The notes: generated by a model from the letters alone, not told the origin. A stretch of DNA of 63,973 nucleotides, filler included, from Thelocarpon superellum (GCA_026025795.1; 13 parts of 13 records of this genome joined end to end with filler, not necessarily neighbours in it), one strand, 5' to 3'; positions 25,495 to 38,500 are shown, counted from the whole stretch's first letter. Translations and numbers: made by a program.

Positions 25495-26987
25495 TTACCT
25501 TCAGATCTACGTCCAGATGATTCTGGCGCGCTCAAGCTCCCTTCCCTTGCAGACGCACTACTGCTTCCGATCCACGCGAGGCGATCGCACGGAGAATTGT
25601 CTCACGCACGACACGCATCTCACCCATGGTCTGGATCCACGGTCGGGACAGCGTTGGAGCATGAAACGTGCGTCGTCTGGCTCCGGGGTCGGTCGAATGC
25701 TTTCCGAAGTACGCTGCGAGGGCTCACTTCCGCACGACGTGCTCGCTCGGTCTCCGGGCGAGAGACGCGACGACTAACTTGGGGACTCCACCAGACGGTA
25801 GCGATGAGCTGGTCTGCTTGGTGATCACCACGGCGGACGAAGCCTATGGTCATTTGGTCCTCATCTTTGCGGACGCTTATAAAGGGTCGACGACGGCAAG
25901 AGCATGAGTATAGACCACCGACATATGAGATGCGTCCACCGAGGACTGTTGGAGTATGATGCTAGCAGAGGGCGAGAATGAGTCCACAAAGTCATTCCTG
26001 CGAGAGTTCAGTCAAGATCCCAGTTTCACCTCCGGCGTGCGCGAAGCGACAAATCCCACCATGAGTCTTGTAGCCTCATTGTTACGTCGATCTTAACGAA
26101 AGAGGTCGCGTTGGCTCTGTCAGAGAATTTAACGCTGTTGGTACCTTTGTCCCGTCCTCGCCCCTCGTCAGAGCGCTGCGCAGGCCGCCTCGGGCCGTCC
26201 GCCCCGAGTTCACTCGAATCCTAACGATCGCAAGCACTTGTGCGTGCATAATTGCCTGGACGGCCGTAGCTGGAAATATTTATAGATTTTGCTTCCCATG
26301 CGAACGGTGACTTGCATTGGCCCCACCGTCTTTCGACAATCTCGGAAGTGCGTGACCTCAAATCTGGCCTGTTTGAAACGGACGGGTGGCCTATTGGACG
26401 CCGCGGCGCGCTGCGGCGTGAACCTAATCATTCCACCGGGCCTTTCGCGAGGATGAAGGTCAATTTCCAACTCTAGCGGTCTGCGTACCCTCCTCCACAA
26501 CTGACACTGGCTCAACCTTGACCCAACACGAACCGTCCGTCTGGCACGACATGTTCTGGCACGACATATTCGCAAGGATACGACGGGCAAATCCTTGACG
26601 TAGTGCCGGGCCACGCCGCACAGAATGCGGCACATGACAGTGTCCCATTCACTCTAGCATTATCGTACGTTCCATCTTCCCCAGGATATTTGCAACGGTG
26701 GTGTTGAGCCAACGTCGAACCCCAGCGATGCAGATCTCCGCACCTCGCTGCAGAGGAGAAGCTGGAGGAGCGGAAGCTGCGTATGACAGACGCTGAGAGT
26801 TGGATTCGGGGTTGCGCTGCCTGCGCAGGACGTAGTTCTGTAACGGTGCCTGAATGCAGGTATCCACCACTCCGCCAACCGATCTGCCGGTCGCCATGAC
26901 CAGCAGAGAGCCCCGGCTTGCCGGGAGACCAAAAAAGGACGCACGGGTCGCATGTTCGACTGTGGATCTTGCCTAAATTCGTGGCGC

Positions 26988-27060
26988 GTGCGAGTGCGAG
27001 TGCGAGGGCGAGGGCGAGTGCGAGGGCGAGGGCGGATGCGAAAGCGAGTACGAGTACGAG
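26988..27060. repeat. Imperfect (GCGAGT/GCGAGG/ACGAGT)n hexanucleotide repeat
   Basis: Directly visible. Confidence 0.88.
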
Positions 27061-28138
27061 GATGTGCGGGTCCGACACGCCCACCCCAAATTACCATTCT
27101 GGGGGTCGGGTTACCACGCGTGCTGCTCCAGGCATGAGAGCAAGTGGGGACTGGGGGCGAGGGTCCACGGATAGCTGGGCACCACGGATAGCTGGGCACC
27201 GTGCAGGAGCTGCCCCCAAGAACAAGTAAAGCGCGACAGGGCACCCCTGAAGATCTCACTGGACCATCGTGCGTGAGGAAGTATTCTCGAACACGCGCAG
27301 GACTAGCGTGCGCCCTGTCGCACCGCGACGCCGCCAGCTAATCCACGCCAGGCAATTGCGCACCGCACGATTGTCCCATTAGGCTGGGCAACGGTCATCG
27401 CGGCCCTGCACCGACCCAGACCCGGGGTGTAGTCCGATGGTCGGGTGCATCCAGGGCAGCGTGCACCCGGCCCCTGCCTCGTCGTGACAAGATCTGTGAC
27501 CATGACCATGGCGCCTGTCCTCCGCTCAGCTCCCTTCCCTTTCGGGACCACCACGTTCTCCAGCCGCGGTCACGGCCATCCCCACCGGCCTCGCCATCCA
27601 GGCCGCGACCGTTTCACTTGCGCCGACCATGGGACCCTGCGCGTCCCGCCGATACTGGCGAGCGCGGAAGTGGCTTTTGCCTTTCACTGTCACGCAACGG
27701 CGACGCGACGCGGAAACGCTAACAGTTCTGGAACCTACCGGCGTGCACGGCACGACGTGGGCGACTGGCACCGGGCCTCATGTCTATGGTCACGGGAAAG
27801 AGGTGGATCAAGAGCATAGTATGCTACAGTAGTCTGCTAGCCTGCTCCACCAACCTCGTACTGGTGGGGTGGGTCTCCCAGTATCATCGTCGCCACCTCT
27901 TGCACCGCCCTTCCACCCATCTCGCTCTCCTCCTCGTTACTCCTCCTTGTTACTCCTCCTCGTCACTCCTTCTTGTCGCTCCTTCTCGGCATCCCCTTGC
28001 TGCTCGTGTCCACCTCGTTGCTCGTCCGTCAGTCATCTGCTGCTCGCACATGGCCCACCGAACCGGTCGATAGTCCCGCGGTCTGCCTTGGCCGTGGAGC
28101 GCCCAGAAGACATCTCACCAAAGCTTTCGGCGTGTTAC

Positions 28139-30223
28139 ATGGCTCATGTCGGCCCCCAAGCTCGATCCAATGTTGCCCCGAGCCAGTCCGTTCGGCAAAA
28201 TATGCAAGAGACTCATCACGACCAGGTTCGTCCTGCATCTCTCGCTGTCACCACACGTCCCATGCTGATGTTTGCGCATAGCTCCCCTCTGGGAGCCCTC
28301 CCGGCCCTAGGATCACGGTAGAAGCAAGATCCGATTCCTCCAAGTATCCTCACAAGGAGCCCAAAACCCCACTGTGGCCGACATTGCATTACACGATGGA
28401 GCGGCCCAGTGCGGGGGCGGGCAACGTGCCCGCGCTGCCCGAATCTGAACGCTTCCTGGCGCACGGGATCAATCGGCCGGGCTCGCCGAGGACCGATTTC
28501 GTCGCCCGAACATACCCAAGCCCCTCGATACGGTCGGCATCAAAGTTGACGCCCACCACGCCGCACCGCGCGATGCACAGCGTGACAGATATCGGCACAT
28601 CCTCCTCGGGGCTGGAGGCACCGCCGGACTCCCGTGAGCCTCGCCGGGACCTCGCATCCTCGCCCCCGGCTAACCACCTGGTAGCAACCATCCCTGGTCG
28701 ACCACCGCTGCATGAACGGTCGGCGAGTGCTCCCGGCACGGCCGACTTTGACGGGGTGTCCCGGACGACGCTCGGCACGCCCAAGCCACAGAACAGCCGC
28801 AACACGCCCTGGCCCGTCATCAACGCCGCGGCGACGAAGCGGAAGTCTCTCTCGCCCATCAACCTGTCGCGTTTGGTGATCCCGAGGTCCGGGGAAGATG
28901 ATGGGCAAGACATCTGGCGCCTCCGTGAGGAGGGCGAAGATTCGGAGGAAGGAACGCCACCACTACCGCCACCCAAATCGCCATGGATGACGGCCGGTTT
29001 GTCCCGGTATCCGACCGCACCCGCCAACATGTCGTACTCGCCTGGTCCCTCGACCAGCAGCTCGTCTTCGAAGCCGCCCATGACCGCCCCAGGTGACAGA
29101 TCCTTCCCGGCCTGGCCCGTGGCCACGCCTACCCGGACTCAGAGCCCCCCCGGGCACCAGCGACAGAACTCGGAGGCGGTCGCGGCGGACCGGGGGCGAC
29201 CGACGCGGCGTGCGAATGACATGGTGCGAGAACAGAGCGTGGCCAACTCCATCTCCACCATCGCGTCGGCCGAGTTGCCCGCGGGCATCCGTCCGGTCGA
29301 CATGCGTTCGCACGTGTCTGATACGTCGACGGCGGACGTGTACCGACACGCGCATGACCAAGCCTTGAATTTTGAGGTCCTGCAGATGAAGGATGTGACC
29401 TCGATGACTCGGGTGAGCCGTCCTGAACTCCCCATGACCTTGACACGACTGACCTCGACGGCAGGAAATGGGACGACTGGACGAGCGATGTCAGTATCTC
29501 CGACGGACCCTCAACTCCCTCCGGATGGGACGACGAGGGTTGCACACGCGCATGGTCGCGTACCTCAAGTCGCCACGGGTGGAGAAATTCTCGCGCGAGA
29601 GCATGCTCAAGCAGGAGGAAGCACTCGGCGAGCTGGACAACTCCATCGATGACTGGGTCGGCAAGCTCGACCAAGCCGAGAGCCGGCGAAACCGGATCCA
29701 GCAGAAATTGATGGAGCACGTCGCCGCCGCGCTCACCCTGCCGCCCCCGTCTTCGGGGATGGAGACGATGGAACGAGCGCCGGAAGCCTCGGGGGCATCG
29801 CGACGCGCCTCGCCGGAGCGGAGGAAACTCGAGCTGAATATGACGGACGCGGGGCCGTCGGAGCTGGAATCCGCCCCCGTGTCGAGTGAGCACAGCACCT
29901 TCAAGTCGGCCTCGTCCAACTCCAAGTCGTCGGGTCACGATCTGCCCGGTAGCGGGAGCGTTCCGGAAGACGACACGCCCCCACGCACGCCCGAGCGACC
30001 GTCAACCCCACAATCGCAGCGCAATGAACGCCGCGACGTGGAGTCCATCAAGATCTACGCCGAGCCGGACGTGTACCCGGCCTATGCCGATGCCGACGTG
30101 TACGCGCTCTTGGCCGACGTGGAACAGGAAATCAGCAACATGTCGGAAGGATGCGGTGACGGCTCGACCGAAGGCGCCGCCGAGCCGTGGATCTCGAGTT
30201 TTGCCAAGACACCCATGATTTGA
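28139..30223 (+). CDS. Up-regulated during septation 1 (Uds1) domain protein, 3 exons
   Basis: Introns 28226-28281 and 29413-29464 keep frame. FEVLQMKDVTSMTREMGRLDERCQYLRRT...RIQQKLMEHVAAALTL matches the Uds1 coiled-coil domain. The start codon is inferred. Confidence 0.82.
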
Positions 30224-30408
30224 GACGAACGATGATTGACCACGTCACGATGCACATGGCCGCGGCAAAGGGAAAGGGGAAAGGGGAGCGAAGCAGGGAC
30301 GAGAACAGGCATCGCGTCGCACCGCATTGCGTGACATTGCATTGCACTGCACCTTCCAAGTGCACTCGCCACGAGCACCGGCATCTCCTCTCGAAGATGA
30401 TTATATTC

Positions 30409-30430
30409 CACACACACACACACACACACA
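30409..30430. repeat. (CA)11 microsatellite at contig end
   Basis: Directly visible. Confidence 0.95.
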
Positions 30431-30530
30431 NNNNNNNNNNNNNNNNNNNNNNNNNNNNNNNNNNNNNNNNNNNNTTAATTAATTAANNNNNNNNNNNNNN
30501 NNNNNNNNNNNNNNNNNNNNNNNNNNNNNN
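30431..30530. other. Artificial contig linker
   Basis: 44 N + TTAATTAATTAA + 44 N. Confidence 0.98.
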
Positions 30531-30810
30531 GGATACTTAGGGTCAACATGTAATCTCACACAGTGTGCACTTGTAGTCGTGCCACCACAGGCCTGCTTGG
30601 CCTGCTTCGATATTAGCGGAGGTGACGCGGGTCTCTTGGAAAATCTGAAGTGCTACTTGGAGTCTCTCCCGGCACCCTTCAACTACTACTGACAAGTAAT
30701 CACCAGCTACTCTCTGATGTTGTGGTCAGCTGCCCCCCTCAATACTACTACCATAGATATGGAAAAGGTGGCGGGGGCGGATGAGGACAGGTCTGCTCCA
30801 TCAGCGATGC

Positions 30811-31691
30811 TCAAAACAAGTCGTCGATGCCTTTGTCCGCGTCTGACTTGATTAAATCAATCATCCCCTAGGCCGTGGGCTCATGCCTTAGTAGGGTGGT
30901 GGACCGGGATAGACCAGGTAACCTACCTGAGGCATCACGGGACGACCAGATTCGTCTCTGACATAGCGAAAGGGCATCTCGGTGCGCTCATGTTCGTCCA
31001 GCTGGATCTCCGGGTCGTCCAGGTACGGGATTCGAGTCAAGGGCACTGCGGACATATGGATGAGCGTTGTTGCTTCAACCACGAGCTGTGCATTAGCAGA
31101 GGGGCGTACCTTGGTCCTGCACCACCATCCGCGTCACTCGCACCGCCGTATCGGTGGTCATCTGTTTGGGGCCGAGTCGGCGACCCACAAACCCTTTCTT
31201 GCGTAGTTCCGAGGTGCGGTCTAAGTCATTCTCAGCGACGTTCCCGTCTTGCGGTACATCCCGAGCCTGACGCCTACCTCGGGGTGGGTCGTCTCCTACG
31301 CCATTCCCGTCTTCAGCTCATCGTTTCGCCAGGCATCGTGGGCAACGGTACCTAGAATCCCCCCGAACAGAAACACGTCGAACTGCGCCCCATCGCGCGG
31401 TTCCAATTCCTGCGTTGCCGCGGGATCCAGCAGGCAGACCCGCTCCTTGGAGTCTTTGCACAAATCTTCGATGCTCTGGTATTGAAGATCAAGACCCGGC
31501 GCGGCTACTAGGGATTCGGGCACCTTCAGATTCCTGGGGAGAGACGACAGACAGAATTGAGCGCCAGCCGCGTGAGATTCGTGCGCGATAGTAGCATACT
31601 CGAGAGTGGACCACGGACCCAACTCGGGATCTAGATGCTCCACCACGTATGTCTTGGCGTGCATTTTCCCTCTCGGGGGTGGATCGGTCAT
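30811..31691 (-). CDS. SFM1: SPOUT-family methyltransferase Sfm1 (DUF431), 5 exons
   Basis: TYVVEHLDPELGPWSTLEY, VCLLDP, FLFGGILGDDPPRDRTSELR, GRRLGPKQMTTDTAVRVT, TEMPFRYV and GMIDLIKSD..DDLF*, across four GT-AG introns. Confidence 0.92.
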
Positions 31692-33035
31692 TGTGACCTC
31701 CGCCGGGTTTGTTTTGTGAAGCCGGGTCACGCTTCTCGATGAAGGCCTCTAGAGCGTTGATCCAGCAACTATGAAGGGGCTAGCCGCATCTTTGATGCTT
31801 GGTGCAGCCTGGTAGAGCGATGGAGAGTCCGGAGCGTTCGTGGTTGGGGCACCGACCGGATGTTTCTACGATTACGGGTAGCGTCGTACCGCCCAAATTG
31901 GAACCAAACCTGCCCAGGAATGGCCAGGAATCCCGGGACATTTTTACATCTTGATCAAATTCCCGTATGTGAAGGTATCCGCGGACGAGCGTTCGGTCAC
32001 CATTTCCGGAGGCCGAGCGACTCATCCCTTGACCTGACAATAGACTTCCAGCTGCCTCTAATGAATTGAGCTTCCATTTCTTCTCCAAGGTCGGTTGCAG
32101 AATGATGTCAAGGAGCCCAAAGGATTGTAGGACAATGACCACATTGGCAGGCATCGACCTTGCGACCAAGATCCGGCCTGATCCATGAAATCCACGGCTT
32201 CACAAGTGCGGTCCTTAACAGACCTTTGACGCGCCTACGGGCAAGTACAGATGAAAGTATCGGTCGTTCCTGGGCATCATGCCTCGCTGGGTAACAAGCG
32301 GGTGGAGAGGGTGACGAGAATCGGCCAACGAGGAGGGGCAATTTATTGAGCGATTGAGAAGCTTCTCGTACTACTAATTCGTGCTACTAACTGTTAGTAA
32401 CAGTAGTACGAAGAACTGCAGGCTTGCCGTTACCGACCTAACTGCAACTCCTCATCCCACGTCTTCCCCAACATCCACGACTACGTACTTCTAAACTCTG
32501 CCCAATTTACTCTCGAACCTTTCACCACACGGCTCTTCGCTGCCCTGTGAACCATCTGACGGATTACTCAACCGCCACGGCGTGGTTTGGCTTCCAGCGG
32601 AAACCCCTCCACGTCATCGGCGCTGTACGAGTAGGCGGGCTTTCGCTTTGCTGCGACTAGGCCCCCTCGCGTCGCATCACCCCGCCAACGTTTGTCGGCC
32701 GATCGGTCACATCACTCATCGGCCACGCAATCAGTCACGCTAGCCCAAGACCCACAGCGGACAGCGCGGGGAACATCCTTTATCTGCATCCTGCAACGCC
32801 TATCGACATCGTCTCTGGCGATCATCTCAAGCTGTTCGACAATCCTTGTCCACCGCTCTCGCAACTTGACCGAGTAGGCCCTTTCCATCGTCACCGGCGT
32901 GCTCCTTCGTGGACGACGTCCGGCAAATCTCCGAGCGGACTACTGTCTTCGATCTGCGGCCGCCAAGAAGGATTGACGGCTCAAGTGACACCGCCAGGAG
33001 GTATTCCGATATTCAAGAAATCTCTCAACGACACC

Positions 33036-33633
33036 ATGAATCCTCACCAGAAAAACAAGATTGACATCAGCGTAAGAAGCATCCCTATCGTCGTTGGGCG
33101 GGGGGCGGGGGGTCGAGAACTGATGGCTACACTACAGTCCCTATCTGAGGAGGAGCAAAAGGTCTTTCGACTTTACGGGAAGCTGCCCAACAAGAGAGAC
33201 CTGATCCAGAACAAGCTCAAGGTATGCCGATGTCATCGCCGGCCATGATACCACCCTGGCCCCCTTCTCGCTGACATCATTTCTGCGCCAGGAACGGAAG
33301 TACTTTGACTCGGGCGACTATGCGCTCAGCAAAGCCGGCAAGGCCTCGGATGTTGGCGTCACTCAGATGGGCACGCAACATCCCGTCCCGGAGAACATCC
33401 CGCACTTGACGTCGCCAGGTCCAAACACCGGCAGTGGCAACGGGAACGGAGCGGCGGGCCTCCAGGGGCCGGGGGTGCCGGGAGGCAGTCCGGTCAAGGA
33501 GAGCAGCTTCCTGCACCGCCAGACCAGCGTCGATGAGCAGGAACCCACCGACACCCCCAGCCCGAGCCGGCTGGGGAACAGCGTCAGCCCACCGCCAATC
33601 AAGGAGGGCGTGCCGCTCAGGTGGCAGTCGTGA
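33036..33633 (+). CDS. IGO1: Endosulfine / Igo1 (PP2A-B55 inhibitor), 3 exons
   Basis: MNPHQKNKIDIS|SLSEEEQKVFRLYGKLP..NKLK|ERKYFDSGDYALSKAG, containing the Greatwall/Rim15 FDSGDY phosphosite. Confidence 0.95.
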
Positions 33634-33854
33634 GGGACTCCCGTGCAGGAAAGGAGAGGATCGAGGGGACGAAGCGACACCACACGCGTCGAGGACGGCA
33701 CGCTGCCTATTTTGGGGAGAGGGTCATGCGCGCATACGGTTGCTACGGGTAGTGCTATGAAGGCAGGGAGGAAGACGGGAAGGTAGGAAGAAATCTCTGC
33801 TCGCGGATCGCGGGATCGCGGACCAGGGGCCGGCGTTAGTTTGGGACGCGAAAA

Positions 33855-33915
33855 TCTCTGGTCTCTGGTCTTTCTGTTCTCTGTTCTCTGTTCTCTGTTC
33901 TCTGTCTCCGGGTCT
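33855..33915. repeat. Heptamer repeat (TCTCTGG/TCTCTGT)n between convergent IGO1 and MYG1
   Basis: About 8 imperfect copies, directly visible. Confidence 0.85.
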
Positions 33916-34217
33916 CAACCTTCAACCGTCAACTTTAAACTTTCAATTTTCGAGTCTCAAGTTTCCCGTGTCTCGTCTCTGGTTCTGCAACCCTCTGCTT
34001 CTCCTTCTCTCCCGTCTTTACAGTTAGCCTAGCTAGGCTTGTGCGAAGGATTGTCTTGATCGTCGGTCGCTATCAGGTGGTGCGGTAGGCGGTGGTGGTG
34101 AAAACGGGAATTGGAAGTGAAGGTGTTCGCTTCGTGGCTTCATCGTCCAACGACGCAGATGCCCCTTGATGGCATTTCTGATGCTAATGGGGCCAGACGG
34201 GAGCCCGTCAACTTGCT

Positions 34218-35344
34218 TCACGCCTCGATGGCCTTGTCCGCCAGTGCTTTTACGCCCTGCCACGTCTTGTTGCCGCCGATGAAGCCACTGGCGTGGATGA
34301 AAACACAGCCGTTAACGCCCGCCGCCTGGTCTAGCTCCTCGTCACGCAGCCCACGCCACGCCTCGGGTAGGGCCTTGCGTGACTCGAAGCTGCCTTCGCT
34401 AACTGGTACCGCTTGGATGCGCCACTTGGCGCCCGGTGAGACCGACTCGGGATACAGCACGTACAGCACCTTCTCCGCGGCCGGGTGTTCCGCTTCGAGG
34501 GCGTACAGGTGGTCTTTCCACGGCACGGACTGGTCGAAGACCATGACGCGTCCTGCCCGGTCGTACTTCTTGCGGTCCGCGTACACGGCGTGCACGATGG
34601 AGCGTGCCGGTAGCCAGGCGGATGCATAGTACGCCACCTTTCGCACAAAAGCGGCCCCCATCAGCTCGCTAGCTTGCACGAACTTGACGTCCTCTTCCCG
34701 CTGCGAGGCCTTGGGGTCGCTCGGCTTAACGTCGTTCCAATTCGGATTCAGATCGCCCACAAGCGCGCCCAGCGTCACGCCGCCGTTCGCGAATCGCTTC
34801 TTGAGCCCTGCGGCGGCCACGGCGGCCGGGTCATATACGCTGATACCATTATCGTGTGCGTCTAGCGCTTCGATGAACTCGGCATACACCTTCTCCCACA
34901 CCACGTGCACCTCGGGGCTGTCCTCTGGTAGCTTGGTGTGCTGGGCGATAATAGCCTTGCCAAAATGCAGGTACACTAGCCCGGCTGAAGAAAGCTTGGT
35001 CGAGCGAGCAGGGAAGGTGGCATCGAAGGTCCGTTGGTGGTGATCGTATCGATGTTTGCTGGGGTCGTATTCACCCCCCACATCCACGACGATGTGGCAG
35101 GTAGCGAGCAGCGCCGGATCGCGCGTGCGCATCAACAGCGAGGGGGTGTAGGCGGGGAGTAGGCGGAGCATGAAGACGGCTAACGCCTCATCGGCATGGA
35201 AATGACCACTGTATATGACGGCCTGATCAGCTGGAGCTTTCCTACTACACGCCACCACGAATTGGGCATGGCTCCCACTCACTTGTGGGTGCCGATTAGT
35301 GGTGGGGAAGACTTTAGTCTCTTTGCTGCCGACTCCTCCGCCAT
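34218..35344 (-). CDS. MYG1: MYG1 exonuclease (DHH family), 2 exons; may start further upstream
   Basis: MAEESAAKRLKSSPPLIGTHN|GHFHADEALA (intron 35209-35282), VVDVGG..YDHHQR, KLSSAGLVY and FIHASGFIGG. Confidence 0.95.
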
Positions 35345-35461
35345 TCGGACGACGCTTCGGAGCATATGATGGGGGAGTCTATTGTATTGTAACCACTTCT
35401 GGCACCTGCATGGCACTGTTCGATTGCTTCGATTGATCGTTGGAGAGAATTGGAAGAGATG

Positions 35462-35561
35462 NNNNNNNNNNNNNNNNNNNNNNNNNNNNNNNNNNNNNNN
35501 NNNNNTTAATTAATTAANNNNNNNNNNNNNNNNNNNNNNNNNNNNNNNNNNNNNNNNNNNN
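35462..35561. other. Artificial contig linker
   Basis: 44 N + TTAATTAATTAA + 44 N. Confidence 0.98.
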
Positions 35562-38500
35562 GGACCAGGAAGCGAGGTGCGGGCGAGCGACGAGGACCAT
35601 GTCTTCTTTTCAGACACACGGTCCAACGCTATCCGGCATCTCCTGCGCCCGGCGTCATGCACTAGGCCGGGGAAAGCAGCGCGCGAGGGCCGGGGTGGAG
35701 GGGCCGGGGCCTGGTTAGTAGAGGGAGAGGCGAGGAAGTTGGCAAGTTGCCGCGGCGCGCACCGGCCGGCCTGTCACGCGGGGGGCTAAAGGCACGAGTG
35801 CACGAGGATGGTGGGTGGCGGACAGGGTTTCGATTCCTCAGAGGCGTGGGGCCAGACGTTATTTTAGCCCCGCATGGGTTGGCGCTCACCGCGCCAGGAT
35901 GTGGCCCGCCATCTCCCCATGCTCGCCAAGTTCGATCCTCGCCCAGCACCACGGCTCGAGGGGGCCCTCGGGCAACGAAGCATTCGGAACCCAGGTCGAC
36001 AGCACGCCTGGTGCTGGTGCTGGTGCTGGTACAAGTCCCTGCCGCCGACAGGTGCGGCCGCCGACAGCATTGCCCGCTGGGCCTGCTGAAGATGCTCCCT
36101 GTCCACGAGTCTTGGGCGCGGTCATACTCGTCACTGCACATCATGGCGGAATCTTCTGGGCAAAGTTACAGCGCGAATCCTTGTAAAGATCATGACCGCC
36201 GTCGTCCCACTACTTGCAAGCACCATGGTACGACGCGGCCAGACGGTGCTTGTCCTTCGTGCCACCCTCGAGGTTCTTCGCCAGGCGAGCCCTCGAGGCA
36301 CAGTCGTCATGATGCCGTGGACCGCGCAGACGGCGACGCAGAAGGTGGCGCGCTTTCACTGGTCGATAGGCGTATGCTGGCGTCCGGGCTTGGGGCACCG
36401 GAAACGCAATCCGGCCCGGGTCACACACTGCTCGAGTCTCGTACCAGCACTCGTACCAGCACTCGTGCGACTGCCATAACAGACGAGGGAATAATGAGCG
36501 CCCCGGCGGTCGGCTCGGGAGAGCGCGTGGGAGATTCTCTCGAGCAATTTCATCCACTCCTGGTCGCAGCAATAGTGAGCCTCATCAATGCCGCCGCCCC
36601 GTCCAACCAGAAACCGTCGGAATTATCGTAGGAGCTTAAAATACTTCCCGGATAGACACAGGGACGGGAAAGGTGAGATGTTGCACAGTGACAAGTATCC
36701 GTCCCGGTGACAGGAAAGACGGCCTATTCAAATCTCAAACAAGCCCCTTGCTCGGGTTGTGCCGACTGCTGTTTCGGATGGCGTCCGAGGAATCTGGCGC
36801 CATTCCTCCAGGCTTCCGACAGGCATCAACAGAGCCTCCGCATGGATTCGCATGGCCAGTTTCCTCGTCGCATTTGCGCCTTGCGACGGACTTTTGCCCT
36901 TCAACTGGAGTGGGAGGACGCGGGAAGACTGCCGCACCTTGCAGACCTTCCAGAAGTCGGGTCGTACATGGAACAGTGCGGCACTTCCGGTCCTGAGCCG
37001 CGACGTCATATTCTCTGGTTTCAACCTCTCGCTGACCGACGCTACTAACACTCCTCTTCACAGTGAATGGCTCCCCGTCCAGACTGACCATGCGAGGTGT
37101 GTAGGTCCATGACGAGATGCAACATGCCGCATGTATGAAAGAGTGCTCGGACGGAGCGTCCGGAAGCTCCTCCTTCTATATCTCGTTCCCTCGTTTATTC
37201 CCGGCTTACAATCATCTCCTTCCATTCTGTGCAATATCTCCGGCCCTCGAGTGCGCAAGATGAACGGGCAAGAGGTGTCAAACTCCGTAGAGAAATTGTA
37301 AAAGAGTGGAGAATGCGATTTCGCCGGATGGTGGAGGTCGACTGCGACCAGGCGGATTCATACGGCACTTTCCGGCCGGTCTTGTCCATTCGATCCCATT
37401 TTGATTCTGCTCGATCCTGTATGTTCTTTCTTTCCACGGCCTCGCCAATCTTACGTGAGGCGGAGGGGACTTTTGAAAATCAGACCACGTTCAGAAGTGC
37501 TTTTCCGTTCAGCGTAGGGATCAATCACGATGTTATTTCGGCTCTCGGTATATTTTCGGGCCGAGTGCGCCAGGCGATGGTGTTGATTCGAGACAGCCCC
37601 AGATTACCTCCCTCATTCAAGGACCTCACCCCACGAATGGAAATTTCGAGGGCACGGAATAGTGAAAGCCGATTACATTTCGATAAGCGGAATTTCAACG
37701 ACGTGGAGGACCAGATTGCTCGAGTCCGTTGACCAAAACAAATCAAAAAGGCCTTTTCCGCCCGCAATATGTCCCCACGCCGCGCTGATTTTCCTCCACC
37801 AGCCAGGTAAGATTACCATATGACGTCACCAGCCTCCGGCTTTCAACCACCATTCGCAGCCCTGTACGTGCAAGGGTGGGGGCAAATGCGCCGAGACTAT
37901 CCAGCCAAGCCACTTACTCAGCCAGGCATACCGCGACGGCTCGTACTCAATTTCGATTGATCGACCATTCACCGCCTGTTTCTTTTCCCTCTTTCTTTCC
38001 CAGCCATCTCTGCCGTATCTTGGATGGAGAAGGGAGCGAGGCTGATCGTAACGGGACGAGTAGTACGAGTACAGAGGCGCTTTTTCTCGTATACAGTGGA
38101 GGTTGCCTGACGCCTGTCGCCTCTGGCGTTGGCCTTGGGCCTTCGTCTTGGCATTTCTGCATTGATTGCGGCTTGCTAGGTGCGTGGAGCTAAGCGGCGT
38201 GGCTGGAACCGTTCTCTCCAGCCCTGGCCTATACCATTCTTTTTGTTATCGCAGGCCCGCAGCGACCGCAGCGGATCGGGATTTTTCAATTGGGCCTCTT
38301 TTCTGCGTCTCCCGGTGCTAGAGACTTTAGCTGGCGCACTAACAACGGCCTGTGGAAAATAAATCTGCAGGCGTACGGGGGAGAGAGAGACCGGGGCAGT
38401 GGGAGCCGACCGTGTCCATGACGATTATTCTTGCGTCTACCGTACCGCCATTTGAAGTACAGTACAAAGTCCTTGCTGTAGGTATGGTCAGTTGCTGCGG

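Noticed and set aside
27165..27200. 17-nt direct repeat CCACGGATAGCTGGGCA x2, and similar short duplications near 21531, 26541, 36439, 52401 and 57650
   Set aside because: Two or three adjacent copies without spacers. These are slippage micro-duplications, not CRISPR repeats or element ends.
35826..35837. GGTTTCGATTCC resembling a tRNA T-loop
   Set aside because: It has an extra T, and no acceptor stem, D-arm or anticodon arm could be folded.
37229..37732. 167-aa ORF as a possible gene
   Set aside because: Non-ATG start, no recognisable domain, and codon usage unlike the confirmed genes.
37650..37813. A complete U1 snRNA gene on the minus strand (starts CTTACCTGGC)
   Set aside because: There is no GATCA-N-GAAG (U1-70K) loop or ATTGCAC (U1A) loop downstream. 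Only the 5' match is kept as a finding.
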